Origin: Octopus vulgaris
Lineage: Eukaryota
Direction: 5' to 3'
DNA: 64,000 nucleotides
Assembly: GCA_951406725.2 (NCBI GenBank)
Contig: OX597827.1
Location: 50,158,001 to 50,222,000 of the forward strand
In this document: in pieces, positions 13,034 to 28,325 of the stretch
Layout: each line of letters starts with the position of its first letter
How positions within the stretch are numbered: the stretch's first letter is position 1
Position numbers and translations under genes: made by a program
Notes under the pieces: model-generated
Database searches by the model: none
What the model saw: the letters and a program-made list of their open reading frames with translations, nothing else
Told to the model about the DNA's origin: nothing

Positions 13034-16000
13034 GCTTATCATAGCCTATATATTTGTGAGTGGATCTCGTACTCGGAAACTGAAAGAAGACTATCGTGTA
13101 TATTTGTGTATGTGTGTGCCTGTGTCTTGTGTTTGTACCCCACTATTGCTTGACGACTGATGTTACTGTGTTTCCATTCCTCTAACTTAACGGTTTGGTA
13201 AAATACGCTGAGAGAATGAGTACTAGGCTTACAAAGAATAAATCCTGTGGCTGATGTCTTCGACCAACGGTGGTGCTCCAGCATGGCCGCTGTCACATGA
13301 CTGAAACAAATAAAACAATAAAAATGTATGCTATTTTAATCCCGAGCAAGGCCTTGTATCTCTGTTAGTTAACACTAAAATAGTGTGAATACCAAGTTGT
13401 TAAAGGTGTTTGATGACAGACACACTGGATGATGCTGATCAAAGGTTCCACAAAAACGAAGTAACTGACTAGACTTTTGAAGATATTAATTACATGAATT
13501 ATTAATTGTTATAATACTCTTTGTCTTGCGTGTCCACTAACTCTTGCACAGAGAGTAAGGAAAGTTTCCAGCATGATGAGATATTTGAATCCTTGTAGCA
13601 AATAATTGGTAACTGAAAATCTTATGTAATTTATCTTGTTCGATCCACATATTATTTGAAGACTACCGAGAAGACTGATGTATTTAATTTGTTCGTTTAT
13701 ATATAATTCTAATCTATGCTGTCGTCATTTAGCCCCTGGTCAGCCTTCATCAAGCATACCTATGAATAAAGGCATTCTAGCGGTGACCAGTTCATCTTAT
13801 TTTAGATATAGTGCATCTAGGATCACATTAATGATCCCATAAGATGTTAGAATATGATTGTTCGTTGTTTCTAGCATATCAAGCAACCAAGCAGAGTTTT
13901 CTTTATTGACTAGAATTCAATATTTGGTTAATAAGGGAGTGTTTCCAAAATTAAAATTATCAATACTACTAACGACAAATACAAGCAAACAAAAGATTGT
14001 ATTATTTGTAAGAGAATGATCAGAAACAAGTTTCATAAATTTGGTACTTTCTGATGCCACTAAATATTAATAAACCTTTTATTTATCATTTTAGTCAGAA
14101 AAGGCTTTCAATGACATTCCAGAAGTAGTCCAAAATAATTCAGAGGCAATGTCTAAAGGTATGTATGCAGATATGTCAATTTGAAGTTTTTGTGCTATAT
14201 AAATTTAATTTTATTTACTCAGCTTTGATGGTTAATTACTTTTCTGTAAGAAAAATAATCTTCAATAATTGGTTTCACTTTTATTTGTTATTCTTTTTGC
14301 TGATGTTGTGTCACCAATTGTGGGTTATTTTTTTTATATGCATTTGTGGAATATTTCTTGCAATACAATCAACACTGATTTGCTCGCTAATCTCTGCTCA
14401 CTCGCTTCTGACTGCCATAAACTTACCCAGAATGGAATACCACCATACCATATACTCATTTTCTCATTAGGTTCAACCACACTAAAAGATCTTTCGTACT
14501 TAATGTTAGTGCTCCGTTTATTTCTCACTCTGATCACAATTACTTGACTTATTTCTGTCGTTACTCTCCATCTTGTCTTCCGTTCCGTTCCATTCCCTCT
14601 CCTTCTTTAAAAGTTTATGCACCACATCAGTAACTTTAAAAAATTTCATTCAACGAACCATTCTACAAATAAAACGTCTATAGCAACAGTGAAGACATTG
14701 TCTGAGAGTATTGGTCTCTTTGAATTACTAACAGAGAATACTGGTCTCTTTGAATCGTTAACCAATAACAGGATTGTGAGCGAGATAACCGTTCATTAGT
14801 TTTGGTGGCACGATAAACATCACATCCCCCACTTTTGTTTGGTGCTATGAGTAGCAATCACACGCAATCTAATATAACAATTTCTAGCTCATGAGTATCT
14901 AGACATTTTGGAATATGATGACACGACGTGTTACTGTGCTACCGTATGCATGAGTACTCGGTTTGTATAGGGGAAAAAGATACTTCTTTTTGTTTCTGAG
15001 GACTTGACCGATACTCCTGTGCGCACAGATTCCAAAGCATCTAGTCGAGATTACTGACACCCAACTGATACTATTGTAATATTAATAACTATTAACACAA
15101 CTAACACAGTCATTATAATAACTGTTTATTTATTTATTTTATCGCTTTTACTTTCAGACATAAAAAATATCATTACAAAGTTTCGGTCTACTATTGAAAA
15201 GTATAGAAAAGACACGTTGAAACTTAAAGAAAGTATTGGCGATTCAATAGTAAGGAATATCTTTGAATTTTCAATATTTTAAAGACATTTAAAGTTGTTT
15301 TAATGACAATGATATCATAAAGATGTTTGAAGGGGTTTTCTGCAACCATTTATCTGCGAGGAAACGCTTTCGTTTATTTGTGTAAAACATATTGAATTTG
15401 TGAGAACCTACTTAGTATATAGAAAGATTAAACAACCTTATGCTGCTTTACGAAGAGCTGGAGATAGTTGTGGAAATGTATATGCTAGAAGGGAATTTTA
15501 AGGGTAAGTTTAACGAATAAGTATTCTGATTTTGCGAGATCGATTTCAACTGAAAGGCAAATGAAAATTCAATGTCAATTGCATTCATATAAGTTCTGCA
15601 TTAATACTGAGCTACCGTGGTGTTTTCACGTTGAACACATCTGGTTTTAATAGCTGATTTCTGTTTACAAGCTTTAAGTTATAAACGAAAATTCACTTGT
15701 GCACTCCAGCAGGCAATTTTCAATAAACATTTCAATAAACAAATAAATTATAGAAAAATACATAAAAGAGTAAAATGTCAAATATACCACGCGACCTTGG
15801 ATATTTATATTCTATTTGAGGTTGAATGATTTCAATAGATTCGAAATGTTATAAAGCATTATAACAGTAAAGCGTTTCTATGTTCGGCAATGTCCTTACC
15901 CATTCGTCCTCTACCCATTCCCTGTCCAACTATCTTTCCATCTTCTCAGCCAACTATTCCATGGAGGGTCATGGGGGTAGAATCCCCAGGCACCTCCTTC

Positions 16001-16978
16001 ATGGGGTCCTATCAGAAGTAACTGTCACTTGACTTTCCTGATGGATTTCTAAGCGTGATATTATCCAATCATTTTTTTTCTTGGTCTAACCTCTTGTTGG
16101 CTTAGAAGAAACTGTGATTCTTTCCCGTGACATTCTAAGTATATGCCGGTAGTATCGGAACTGTGACTTCTCAAGGCGGAGAAGTAGCAGCTCAACCGGG
16201 TGATAACTCACTGTTCTCCGAGTTTTTTAAAACCCCTTGTGGGTTTATTGGTCGGGCGTTTGATTATTATATATCTTCAAAGACATAACTGCTATTGAAT
16301 GGATCGTTTTAACATGCAAAAGTGAAACTGCAACCTATTCGTCTAATACATAAAAAGTATATGTCGTACTTTTATAACTAAGTTGCCATTACATAGATAA
16401 CAACATATTCATCTACCTCTGTTTGTATTGATTAAAGTCTATCTTCAAATAAAATGGGTTTACCTAATAAATTAAAAAAATTGTTGGACTATGGCTTTGT
16501 CATTTGTATAGACACAACACAAAAAACGCTTCAGCGTTATATAACAACCATGAATTTAATTTAGTCCATACTATATTTCATAGTTTTATTTCTGATGCTA
16601 ACTTAGTTTATTTTATTTTGTAGAGAACAACAACGGATCTTCGGAAACAGGGATTATCACTAAGTTACGACGATATCGGTGATGAAGCTGACGCTTACTG
16701 GTTGGTTTATTTTGTAGAAATATAGTTTTTTTCTTATATTGATTGATGTATAACCAAAGTGAAGGAAACACTTTAAACACAAGTACATGCATCCTTCTAA
16801 GAGGTTATAAGATTTCACGCTTACGGAAATTGTAAAGTATGTCCATTAATAGAGCGATACGGCCTGTAATTTAGCTCTTACGGAAACTTGGATTGCGTAG
16901 TTTAAATGAACAATTTGAAAAACAATCCGCGCATTACCCACATACACATATGTATATATAATCCACATAATGTGAGTG

Positions 16979-17055
<77 letters not shown>

Positions 17056-17089
17056 ATCTAGCTAGCTATATATGTATGTATATAAATTT

Positions 17090-17145
<56 letters not shown>

Positions 17146-20100
17146 GTCATCCCATAAATAATACGGTTTTTTTAATACTCCTTTTTTGAAAATTAAGATA
17201 AAGTTCTTTTTTAAACTAAAATATATTCTCCTTCATTTTCTACAATGCTCTTCCATCTATCTGGTAGGCTTGCAAGGCCCCTCTTCCAAAATTCTCTTGT
17301 CCGTGACGAATACTACTCCTCCAGTACTGTTCTGACCTCGTCTGATTTTGAAAACTGCGGAAAAAATGATAATCAGATGAGGCAATGCCCATAGAATATG
17401 GTGGGTGGGGCATCGTTTTCCATTCAAACTGCTCCAGCCCTTGGAATGTCATCCTCGCTGTATGGAGCCAAGCACTATACTGATGGAAGAACACCTTTCG
17501 TCTTGAAACCCAAGATGGTCGGTTTTCTTCTAGCGCTGACTTAAGCCGCTCAAGCTGCTCGCAGTAGATCGCCATTGTTATCGTTTGGCTTGGATTTAAA
17601 AGTTCAAAGTAGACTAAAGCTTTCACATCCCACCAAACAAATAACAACACCTTACGAGGTTGAAGACCTTCTTTAGCCCAGGGTGTCGTTGTTTCTCCTT
17701 CCCCTATCCACTGTCTTTGGTGCTTGGCATTTTTATATAGGACCCATTTCTAGTCACCAGTCAGTATTCAGTCCAAAAAAGGTTCATTCGTGAGATGTGA
17801 CAGCAAAGAAGAGCACACATTCAGTCTCTGCGCGCGATTAGACTCAGAAAGTTTGTGAAGAATCCATTGACTCAATTTGCTGCCTCTTCTGCCGGCACGC
17901 AGGTGTCGAATGATTGAATGTCTAAATCCAAGCTTCTCTGCCAGTTCCTCAACAGTTAGCATGAGATTTTCTTCCGCCAGGGTTTTCAGGACTCCCTCGT
18001 CGAGCTCTACAGATCTTCTGTGACGAGGCTCGTTTTCTAAGCTTAGTTTTCGGCTCGGAATTTCTGGAACCACCATTGACACTGGCTTACGCTTATTGTC
18101 CGATCCCCATATACTGTATTAATATTCATCGCACCGTTACGTTGTTGCCTTTACTGAACTTATAAAGCAAAATATACAGAATATACTCCTTTGTCACTTC
18201 TATTATAGCTTTGAAAAAAATAACTGTTAAAATTGAACTGCACTCTTCAAAAATTGCGCTAAGAATAAGTACAAGGTATAATTACTACCTGCTTTTATAG
18301 CAAGTTGATGCAGGTAGTTTATCTGTCTCTCTCCGACTTTTAACCCATGCAGTTGAAAACACTGCATCATTTATGGGATGACCCAATATATACACGAGTG
18401 ATAAAAAGACAAAGAAAATTCTTTAGCACATCTTTAATGATTCGTTTCAGTTGTTTTTGAACTAACTCTATTTGCAACCCTAGTTTACGCAAAAACTTAT
18501 GTAATGTTTGCAGCTATAGACATTAGAGAGGCATTTCATCAGACTTGTATTAAAGATGTACTGTCACATTGTGTGTCTTTCAGACCTTGTATTTTGGCTC
18601 ATATCAGGAGGAAACAAAAACAATTAGTAAAAGTGTGAATATGGGGTGAGTAAGTGGGGTAGAGATTATGTAGTGGGGGTGGGGGAATCAAAAGGAAGGA
18701 TACGCAGAAGGAGGAGGAGGAGAAGAAGAAGAAAAGGGAACTATACAACATAGATAAATTATGTAGGGCCATATATAGCAGATTGGTTTTCCTTCGCCTA
18801 TGCTCGTGGTCGGTCAGTACGATCAGTTCCACTGTAACCGGATTTCGTCTGATGGGTGAACATTTATTTGACCGCCAGGCGATATTCACCAGCGACTACT
18901 GAAAGTGAAAAAAAAATGTTATGTAGATAACTTCGCAATTGTCTAGGAATCAAATGATAAGGATATTTATGATGTTTGTGGTTTGGGGAGTTCTGTGGTC
19001 AGTGGTGGGGTAGCATAAATCGCCTCACAGCTATCAGACCATCTTCGTGAGCCTAGAGTGGGCAGGCACGGGAAAAGAGGTACAAAGAGAAACAAAATGA
19101 AGAGGAAGAAAAGGTGAACGTAGCATAAGAATTAACATGAGTTTATAATGAGCTCAGTTCCTATACTGTGCAAAGGGATGACGCATCATAAATAACAAAC
19201 AAGTTTGGATAAGTTCTTCACTCATCCAGCTGATATTGGTGATAATGAAAATAGTAAATATTGTCCTTTATCCTTCTTGCAACGCTCATTCCACTACCAC
19301 CTCTCACACAATAGTCAACATCTTTTGTGGTAAGAACGAACGATATTACGATTCAAATTAATTCCCTAACATATTTCTATTGATTATGTATTTATATTAC
19401 ACTGTTTTTAGAAATCATTTCCTTCTTTATCATCTGATCACGTTGCTTGTTTTCTTGTGTTTCTTTTTTTCAGAAAAAGTCTGTAGGAATGTAATCTCAA
19501 TTGATAACATGACAATCAAAAAGAAAATTAATTTCGCATCGCGAGATTTGACGTTACGGTCAGATTTTCCAGAACAAATTACTTCCGTAAAGCGAGGGAA
19601 TCTTGTAATTAACAATTATACAATAAGGAACCCCACTCTTCGTCACTCTACCTTCTAGAAATAGAAGCTAAATTTCGCTCGGATCTCATTAAAACATTTT
19701 TAGAAAAAAAGACGATAGCTAAAACTTAATTGCAAAAATGTAGCATTTGTAACACGGGCTCGACAGAAAAAAGCTAGCCATGGCTGGAATGCTTTTGGTT
19801 GATGTTGATTTAGTAAATATTTTTCAACAAATATCCATCGAATGAAGGAGGATACTGCTTCATGGTCACTCGATATGTTAGAAATTGCAGCTAAATCCCG
19901 CGCAAATCATGAAAGAATCATTTTGGATAAATTGGGTTTGAAAAATAAAAGACGAGGTGGTAATTGTTAACTGACAACATCAATAACAACAACAATGAAT
20001 ATGGATTTTTCTTCTTCCGTGTAAGAATCAACAGAATGGCCGATAAATCATGTAATGTCAAAAACTATCAAGTCCTTTAGGCCAAATAACGACAACCGTC

Positions 20101-23100
20101 CATGTGCAGCCCTTTCGGTTATGGTTGAACACGAATTTCTTCACCTGGAAAGTTCCTTCCTTAGGTGTTGACATGAAAAAGTTTATGTGATGGACCAGCA
20201 GTTGCTCTTCGTGCTTTCAACCCCACTGAGGTTTTCCAAGGAAAAGGCAAGGTTGACATTGATGACGTCACACAACAAGGATGGTAATACAAACGATTAG
20301 ATTGAATAAGGGTTATTTCTCTTTAGAATCAATAACAATAAATGTAAACAGATAGCTAAATGACATTCATTTTATGTGATTTTTATTTACAGGCTGGCCA
20401 TTATTGTCCCTTTTGGGTGCATTACTGCTCTCATACCAATCTTTCAACTTCTTGGAATAATACTTGGCACATGTGGAAATGGAGACATGGAGAAACCCAC
20501 TAAAAGGAATTCAACATCCAACTGTGGTGGAATTTGTTTGATGTTGTGAGTTGGATTTTAAATTCATCTCCTCCTCCTCCTCCTCCTCCTCCTCCTCATT
20601 CTCATCATCAACATTATCATACATTCAACACTATCATCAAAATAAAACCATAAACCGCAGATTTGTAAAAATCAAAGCAACCGATGAGAATTAAGAAAAG
20701 TACATGGAATTCTTTCATCTATTGAAACGAATTTGTTCACCTTGATGGTGGCGATAATACATTCTGTTATCATTATTATTATTATTTTATGTTTGACTTT
20801 TGCTTTGCATTTGTACAAGTTGGCTCCAAGTCTCACCCAGAAGTTCATGTTGGTGTTATGCCTAGGGTACCATATATTTGGTTTTGTACATGGAATTGTC
20901 CTAGAGAATGTTTAAGAAACCATAAGAAAATTAAGTATTTTAAAATTACATAGACAGTATTTTACGTAGGATATGGGCAGTTCCTATGAGCACTAACATT
21001 TGAATTTCTGCCATTTTGGGGATTTCTGGTATCTGAGCTAGGTAGCAATCAGCACCTTTTGCCATCATTCCTAGGGCACCTATGACAACAGGTGTTGTTT
21101 TAGTCTTGAGGTTCCACACTTTGCTAATTTCTATTTCATGATCTTTATACTTGCTCAGTTTTTGGTAGGTCTTGACAATTATATTGTGCAGCTCTAAACT
21201 CCATCTTAATATCACTGGAGAAAATTCGCACAGACAGGACTATGCTGACCAGTTCTGCCTCACTTATTGTGAATAACTTCAGGTCGTCCATGAATAGCAA
21301 GTGGTTTAGTTTTAGTTTTCCCTTACCTCTTCCCAGATCATACCCCAACTTTATTTTGTAGCATTTCACTCAAGGGGATTATTCCCAGCTCGAATATCAG
21401 TCGGAAGACATTGTCCCTCTGGAAGATTCCTCTCTTAATTTTCACCTCTCCTAGTACTTGTTTCCCTGCTGTCCATATAAGGCTTCTCATATTCTCTTCT
21501 ATTCCATTGTTCTTATTATCCAGGAGTGTGGTATCATATCGTATACTTTACTATAGTCATCCCATGCCATGCTCAGATGTTTATGTCTTCTCTTGCATTT
21601 CCTGATAGATTATCAATTAAGAGCTGATCCTTCGTTCCCCGGTTCCTCTTTCGGCACCCTTTCTGTTTAATGGGTAGCAGCCCACTTTTTTCCAAGTATC
21701 TGTACAGTTAATCGGCCAAAGTAACTGACATTAGTTTCCACATTAGCGGAAGGCATGTTATTTGTCTAAAGTTGGATGTAACATTTCCCTTTTTAGGATC
21801 CTTGGCACGTAACACTGTCTTACCCATTGTTATCCAGCTGGGTACTGCACCTTTCTGCAAGTATTCATCTAGTTGTTATGTTATGCTATCCTTTTATGGA
21901 CCCCCTCAGCTTCTTTATCCAATGCCCGTGGACCGCCTCTGGTCCTGGGCTCTTTCAATTTGGGAATTTTCTTAACAGCTTTTTAATCATTTCTGTAGTT
22001 ATCGTTATGTCTTCTTGGACTTCTACATTTCTTAACCTAATTTGGATTTCATGCTCTACAGGTTGGTCCCAGATCCCTCTCCAGATTGCCTTGCTTTCCT
22101 CTGCGTTTGGTATAATTGCCCATCTGGTTCCCTAAACCGTTTCTTCTTATTTTCTTCAAACAATTTGTTTTCCTGAACTGTTGTCCGAAATGTCTTTTTA
22201 ACTTTGTTTCTCACAAACTCGCCTACACCAGTATGGTTCCTTACCTTCTGTTTCTTTATTTTTTTCTATTGTATCCAACTCTATTTTCAGCAACCATAGC
22301 TGCAGCCCAAATAATATTGTTAGTTTCAGTTATATTTCTCGTCCGGAACAGCCGGAGAACCGAATCTTTTCGGTTTCAACCTTGAGTTTGCGTCGGTCAA
22401 TGTACCTCAGGTTTTGTGGTTCTTTATCCTGGTCTTTTCGAATATATCTGCGCAGCGTCCACACTATGTCTCGTTGGTCATCATCGTATTCTTCCGATAT
22501 AGCTCTTCCTATTACTTCTGCTTCTTTTGCTGAGAATGCATTTACATTTAGACTTTGCTCTACTTCTTCACTGTCACCCTTCGTTTTTCTGTTCTCGCTG
22601 GGCACGTTATCTGTTGACGAAGTATTAACTTCTACTTTCCTTTTTATCTCTACTGTTTCTATGTCTGTTACCCTTTTGTTCTTATTGCTCCTGCCTGGTC
22701 GGCTAACCGTTGCTTACTTGTTTGGAAGAGTCCTATCTAATCCCATTTTGCTTTCATTCGTTCTCGGAATCCCCTTCTGCTGGGTTCACTCCTGATACAG
22801 CAATCAATTATCGGTCGGTTTGCCTCCTTATCCCACCTTCTTCTCTGCTTCTGGCTTTGTTTATGCAGTCTCTGGATGACAACTTGGCCTGCGCTGCTCA
22901 ACCACAGGGCACCTACCGGGCGAAAGGGTTATTTCTCTGTGGTTATGGGTATGATTTTCATAGAGGAACGTATGTTGAGGAGTTTATTTTTGATGGTTTT
23001 GTAATTTAAAAGCTCAAAAAAATGTATGTTAAATAACTCGACCTTACTAATGAGGCATTATATCGTATCGTACGTTTTAATGAAAACTATATTAACTTTA

Positions 23101-26100
23101 GAGTAATTTGTTTAAACGAGTATTACTTAAAGTAAATCTGATAGTAGCTAGTAGTAGATAGGTAACATAATCACTTCCGAATACAGGAATTACGAAGAAA
23201 GAACAAAACGAGATAGGCTATATAGAATTTGTATAAGAACACGATTATAGAAATCACAAAATTTAGAAATTATATTTTTATACGTAAATAAGTAAAAAAA
23301 TTATGTAAGGCAAATTGTAAAATTATTATGAAGGAATCATTTATAAAAATAAATAAAATAAATAAATTGCACTTTATATTTCAAAATAGTTTAATAAGAA
23401 GGTATGTATCTAAACAAAATACATTCAATGATAAATATTATATTAATCATTTCGGCTAGTGTGGGGAGAAAATTCTAGGTGTATTTTAATATTTTAAGAC
23501 CTTCACAGCAAAACATAGACTTAAAGTACTATTTGCCATAGTATTCATTTTGTCTCAATACACTGTCTCAACACAGTGTTAGCCCGCTTTCACCACCTTC
23601 TGTTTACTTCATACATTCAGCTAAAACTATCTTTATTATTTTATGATACAGATGTTTCAGTTACGTAATACGATGTCATTCTTTTTCTAGCTCCGTTGGT
23701 TTTATGTTTTTCTTTGGCTGGTTACTTATGATATTGACAACTGTCACCTACATACCGGGTTCCATAGTCGAACGATATGGCTGCGATTTGGTACGAAATA
23801 TTGACACAAATTTAGAAAAGGTAGGTTTTTAAAGAAATATTACTGTACGCATCCTTACAGCCACACAGTTTCAATTCTTTTCGTTAAATATAATTTGCAA
23901 TATTTTCACTCATGTTTTCTCATCGCTTTCATAGTATTTTACTTCCTGCTCATTTATTACTTTGTTGACAAACTAGACGTCATTGATTGGTTGAAATTGC
24001 TGAAATGCAAGAAATTTAACAACAAATAGCTTACAAACTACAGGATTTTCTCAAGAAAGCCAATAGAAAAAGATGTTTTATGTAACACATTCTACCAGTA
24101 TACGAAGTTTAAAAGTGTTTAGTTAGTTACAAGGAAATTATTTTTAAAATCTGCCGGTCAAAGTGAAAAGATCCAGGCGGCGAGCTGGCAGAAACGTTAG
24201 CATGCTGGGCGAAATGCTTAGTAGTATTTCGTCTGCTGCTACGTTCTGAGTTTAAATTTCGCCGAGGTCGACTTTGCCTTTCATTCTTTCGGGATCGATT
24301 AAATAAGTACCAGTTACGCACTGGGGTCGATATAGTCGACTTAATCCGTTTGTCTGTCCTTGTTTGTCCCCTTTGTGTTTAGCCCCTTGTGGGTAGTAAA
24401 GAAATAGGTATTTCGTCTGCTTCTAAGTTCTGAGTTCAAATTCCGCCGAGGTTGGCTTCGCCTTTCATCGTTGAGGGGTCGAATAAATAAGTACCAATTA
24501 CGCACTAGGATTGATGTAATCGACTTAATCCCTTTGTTTGTCCTTGTTTGTTCTCTCTATGTTTATCCCACTGTGGGCAATAAAGTTATGAATATTTCTA
24601 GAGTGAAAAGGCAGCTAGCTGGCAGAAACGTTAGCAAGCCGGGCAAATGCTTAGCGGTATTTTACCCGTCGCTACGTTCTCAGTTCAAATTCCGCCGAGG
24701 TCGACTTTGCCTTTCATCCTTTTGAGGTTGATAAATTAAGTACCCGTTGCACACTGGGGTCGATCTAATCGACGGGCCCCCCTCACCTAAAGTTTCGGGC
24801 CTTGTGCCTAGAGTAGAAAAGAATATTCCTAGAATGAAGTGAAGCAACTTCCTTATAGTTGATAATTTTAGCATAAGAAACTCACTGAGTACATTTTCGG
24901 CATAAAAGAATAGAAATATTCCGTGAACAAATTATACTTGACACTTTTCGTATGACGACATAATAGTTCCACTATAGTTAACACTAGCAGTATAGCCCTG
25001 CTTTGCCCGGTATTAAGTTAGAATGATTAAGCTAATCAAGTTCTTTATTTCAAACCAAACTAAGTAACATCGACGTCAAATTTGGGCGAAATCCGTCGAA
25101 ATTGGTACACTTTTGGCTGAAAAGGAGTTGCAGACAACTTGATTGGGTAATCCCATAAGGAATCGGCTTATTGATTTTTTCCACTCATCGATCGTTTTTT
25201 TTTTTTCGTTTTTGGAGAACTTAAAGCATTCAAAGATCCCACTAGTCCTAAGTAATGCTGGCATCAAGTTTGAACAAAATACATAAAAATTGTAAACATT
25301 ATGGTTGAAAATCGGTTTATCATCGATTTTTTTATCCTGATTAAATGGAAACCCCCATAAGGAATAGTTTATAGATTTTTCACCCCAAATAGGACTTAAC
25401 CGAACACAAAATTGCTGATTCAAAAACATCTATATTTATACTTTAAAGTTGGTTTTCACACCCAACCCAGTTCTGCAGAATCAGTGTCGCGACGGGAGCG
25501 CATGGGTGGGAGTTTGATCAGAAGAGGTGATCAGGTTGCATATGCCAGCCCTTTAAAAACACCACCCCATCATCTAACTCCCTTTGCCCATGGGTTGGAA
25601 ACCCTTCCAGCAAGCAAAACAGAATGCTCAAAAGGGCCCCCGATTCTCTGTGTCAGAAGTAGTTATGTTCAGATGACAACTAAGTATATATATATGGGCA
25701 ACACATACACATACACACAGGTACGGTACGTACGTACACCTATTGTATACATGTTTTTTATACGCAATCATGTTCGTGTGTTGCCCGTATATCAACAAAA
25801 CACTTTTTTCCTAGATGGGAAAAAACAACAAAAGTCTTTAAAAAATTTACTCGTCGCTAGAAGGGGACTTAACTCCTGTTTGTAAACAATGGTGATCTCT
25901 CCGACTTGAAAATTGTTAAAAGTTTTGGTTGAAAATTTATTTTTACTGCTATTCGCTGGTGCCTCTGGGAAAAATAAGTTGACGAAAATATGGCTAGTGT
26001 CATGACGTATGTCTTCTAAAATTGGAGCAACATGCGTGCTAATTTGTGGACTTGCATAAATTACATTCACATACACACACACACACTCACTCACACACAC

Positions 26101-28289
26101 ACACACACCATGCCTTTTATATATACAGATATTGAATGCAGTGAGATGTAATCTATGATTTATTTATTTACTAATCGTTGCCTTCCTTTTACTAATAGAT
26201 TATATTTCGATCATTTTCACAAAATTTTCATTATAATGTTAAAATACTTTCATTTTTCTTTCCAGTTAATAGATACGGCACTTCCAAATAAAAAAGTGTT
26301 TGGCGATATCCTGCCGTTAGAAATAAATGCATCAATTTCTGATGTCTACAGGTAAATACACTTTACATAGCTTTTAAATCTTAGTTTAACAAAATTAAGT
26401 TATATATTTATCAGTTTATTTTGGAATTATTCAATATATTCATTAGTGATAGGTCAATTAATGTTTCATTGCAATTATGAAGGCTGACAAGGGATTATAC
26501 AACTCAGTGGAACAAATGTAACACAGGGATTATATTAGGATGTACGTTTTTCCGGTTATGTCGAAAAATACAGACACACACAAACACACTCTCAGATACA
26601 CACAGACATATTAAATGCATGTACGTGAGTATGTGTGTCTGTGTGGGTATGTGAATGTGCATTTTTCGACGGAAACGGCATGTTGTGGCTCCTGACGTGC
26701 AGACACGAATAGTATCACCTACACATCTTCCTGGACGGTGAGTCATCATCAACATTGTTCGACCGTGGTCGAGACAATGGAATTTACTATGTTACGCCAG
26801 ACTTCACGGTCCATCATAGCATTACGGAGGTCCTGTTGCTGGATGCCTGTATCCCTGGAGATTACATCAGGGTAGGAGAGTGTGCGCCCTCTGGTATTGC
26901 GAGTAGATGGCTTCCAGAGGAGAAGAGTAGAAATTACTTCTTTTTCAGCTCTACAACAATGTCCAGCAAACTGGACTCTCCTACCTTTCACAAGAGATGA
27001 CACAGGTGGTAGTTTCCCATATATTTGCATTTTAGTTGGATGGCGCTTCCACGAGAGGTTTTGAGCTCTCATAAGGAGGCGAGTGTAGGTTCCATCCAAC
27101 CGCCTCTCAAGCTTCTTTGATAACGTCCAGGTTTCTGAGCCATATAGTAGAATTGGTTCGACTGTGGCTTTGAATATTTCAAAGTGAGTAGGTGTAGTTT
27201 CCATTTGACAGACACGCTTTTCGCTGCTTATCTCTTTGACGAATGTGCAATCCTGGGTCGAAAGAAGACTAACATTGGAAACCTTGCATCTGTAACCTCG
27301 TCATATGCTTACCGTCCACTACAACTCGGGCACTGTTGTTGATGGAAGTACCAATTTAGCTACAATTAATTTAGCGATGAATATAGAAACAGGAGTGGGT
27401 AAGAGCGACGAAATCAAGTTCTTGGAGTAAGTCTCAGTGTATCGAGTACAAGGTAAACTCTACTGGCGAGGATGACTACCAAAGCAGGACTGTCCGAGAT
27501 GTGCGCAGAGCGACAAAACCGTACAACACCGTACATTACCTTCTTCCTTTGCGCTTATATAGGCGTAGGAGTGGCTGTGTGTTAAGTAGCTTGTTTACCA
27601 ACCACACGGTTCCGGGTTCAGTCCCACTGCGTGGCACCTTGGGCAAGTGTCTTCTACTATAGCCTCGGGCTGACCAAAGCCTTGTGAGTGGATTTGGTAG
27701 ACGGAAACTGAAAGAAGCCCGTCGTATATATGTATATACATATGTGTGTGTATATGTTTGTGTGTCTGTGTTTGTCCCTCCAACATCACTTGACAACCTA
27801 TTTCTTTATTACCCACAAGGGGCTAAACACAGAGGGGACAAACAAGGACAGGCATAGGTATTAAGTCGATTACATCGACCCCGGTGCGTAACTGGTACTT
27901 AATTTATCGACCCCGAAAGGATGAAAGGCAAAGTCGACCTCGGCGGAATTTGAACTCACAACGTAACGCAGACGAAATACCGCTAAGCATTTCGGCCGGC
28001 GTGCTAACGTTTCTGCCAGCTCGCCGCCTTGACAACACTTGACAACCGATGCTGGTGTGTTTACGTCCCCGTTACTTAGCGGTTCGGCAAAAGAGACCGA
28101 TAGAGTAAGTACTAGGCTAACAAAGAATAAGTCCTGGGTCGAGTTGCTCGACTAAAGGCGGTGCTCCAGCATGGACGCAGTCAAATGACTGAAACAAGTA
28201 AAAGAGTAAAAGAGAGAGTATATGTATGTGTATTTATGCAGTCATCTCTTATGCAGGTATACTTATGGGTTGTAAACAAGGTTGCATGC

Positions 28290-28325
<36 letters not shown>

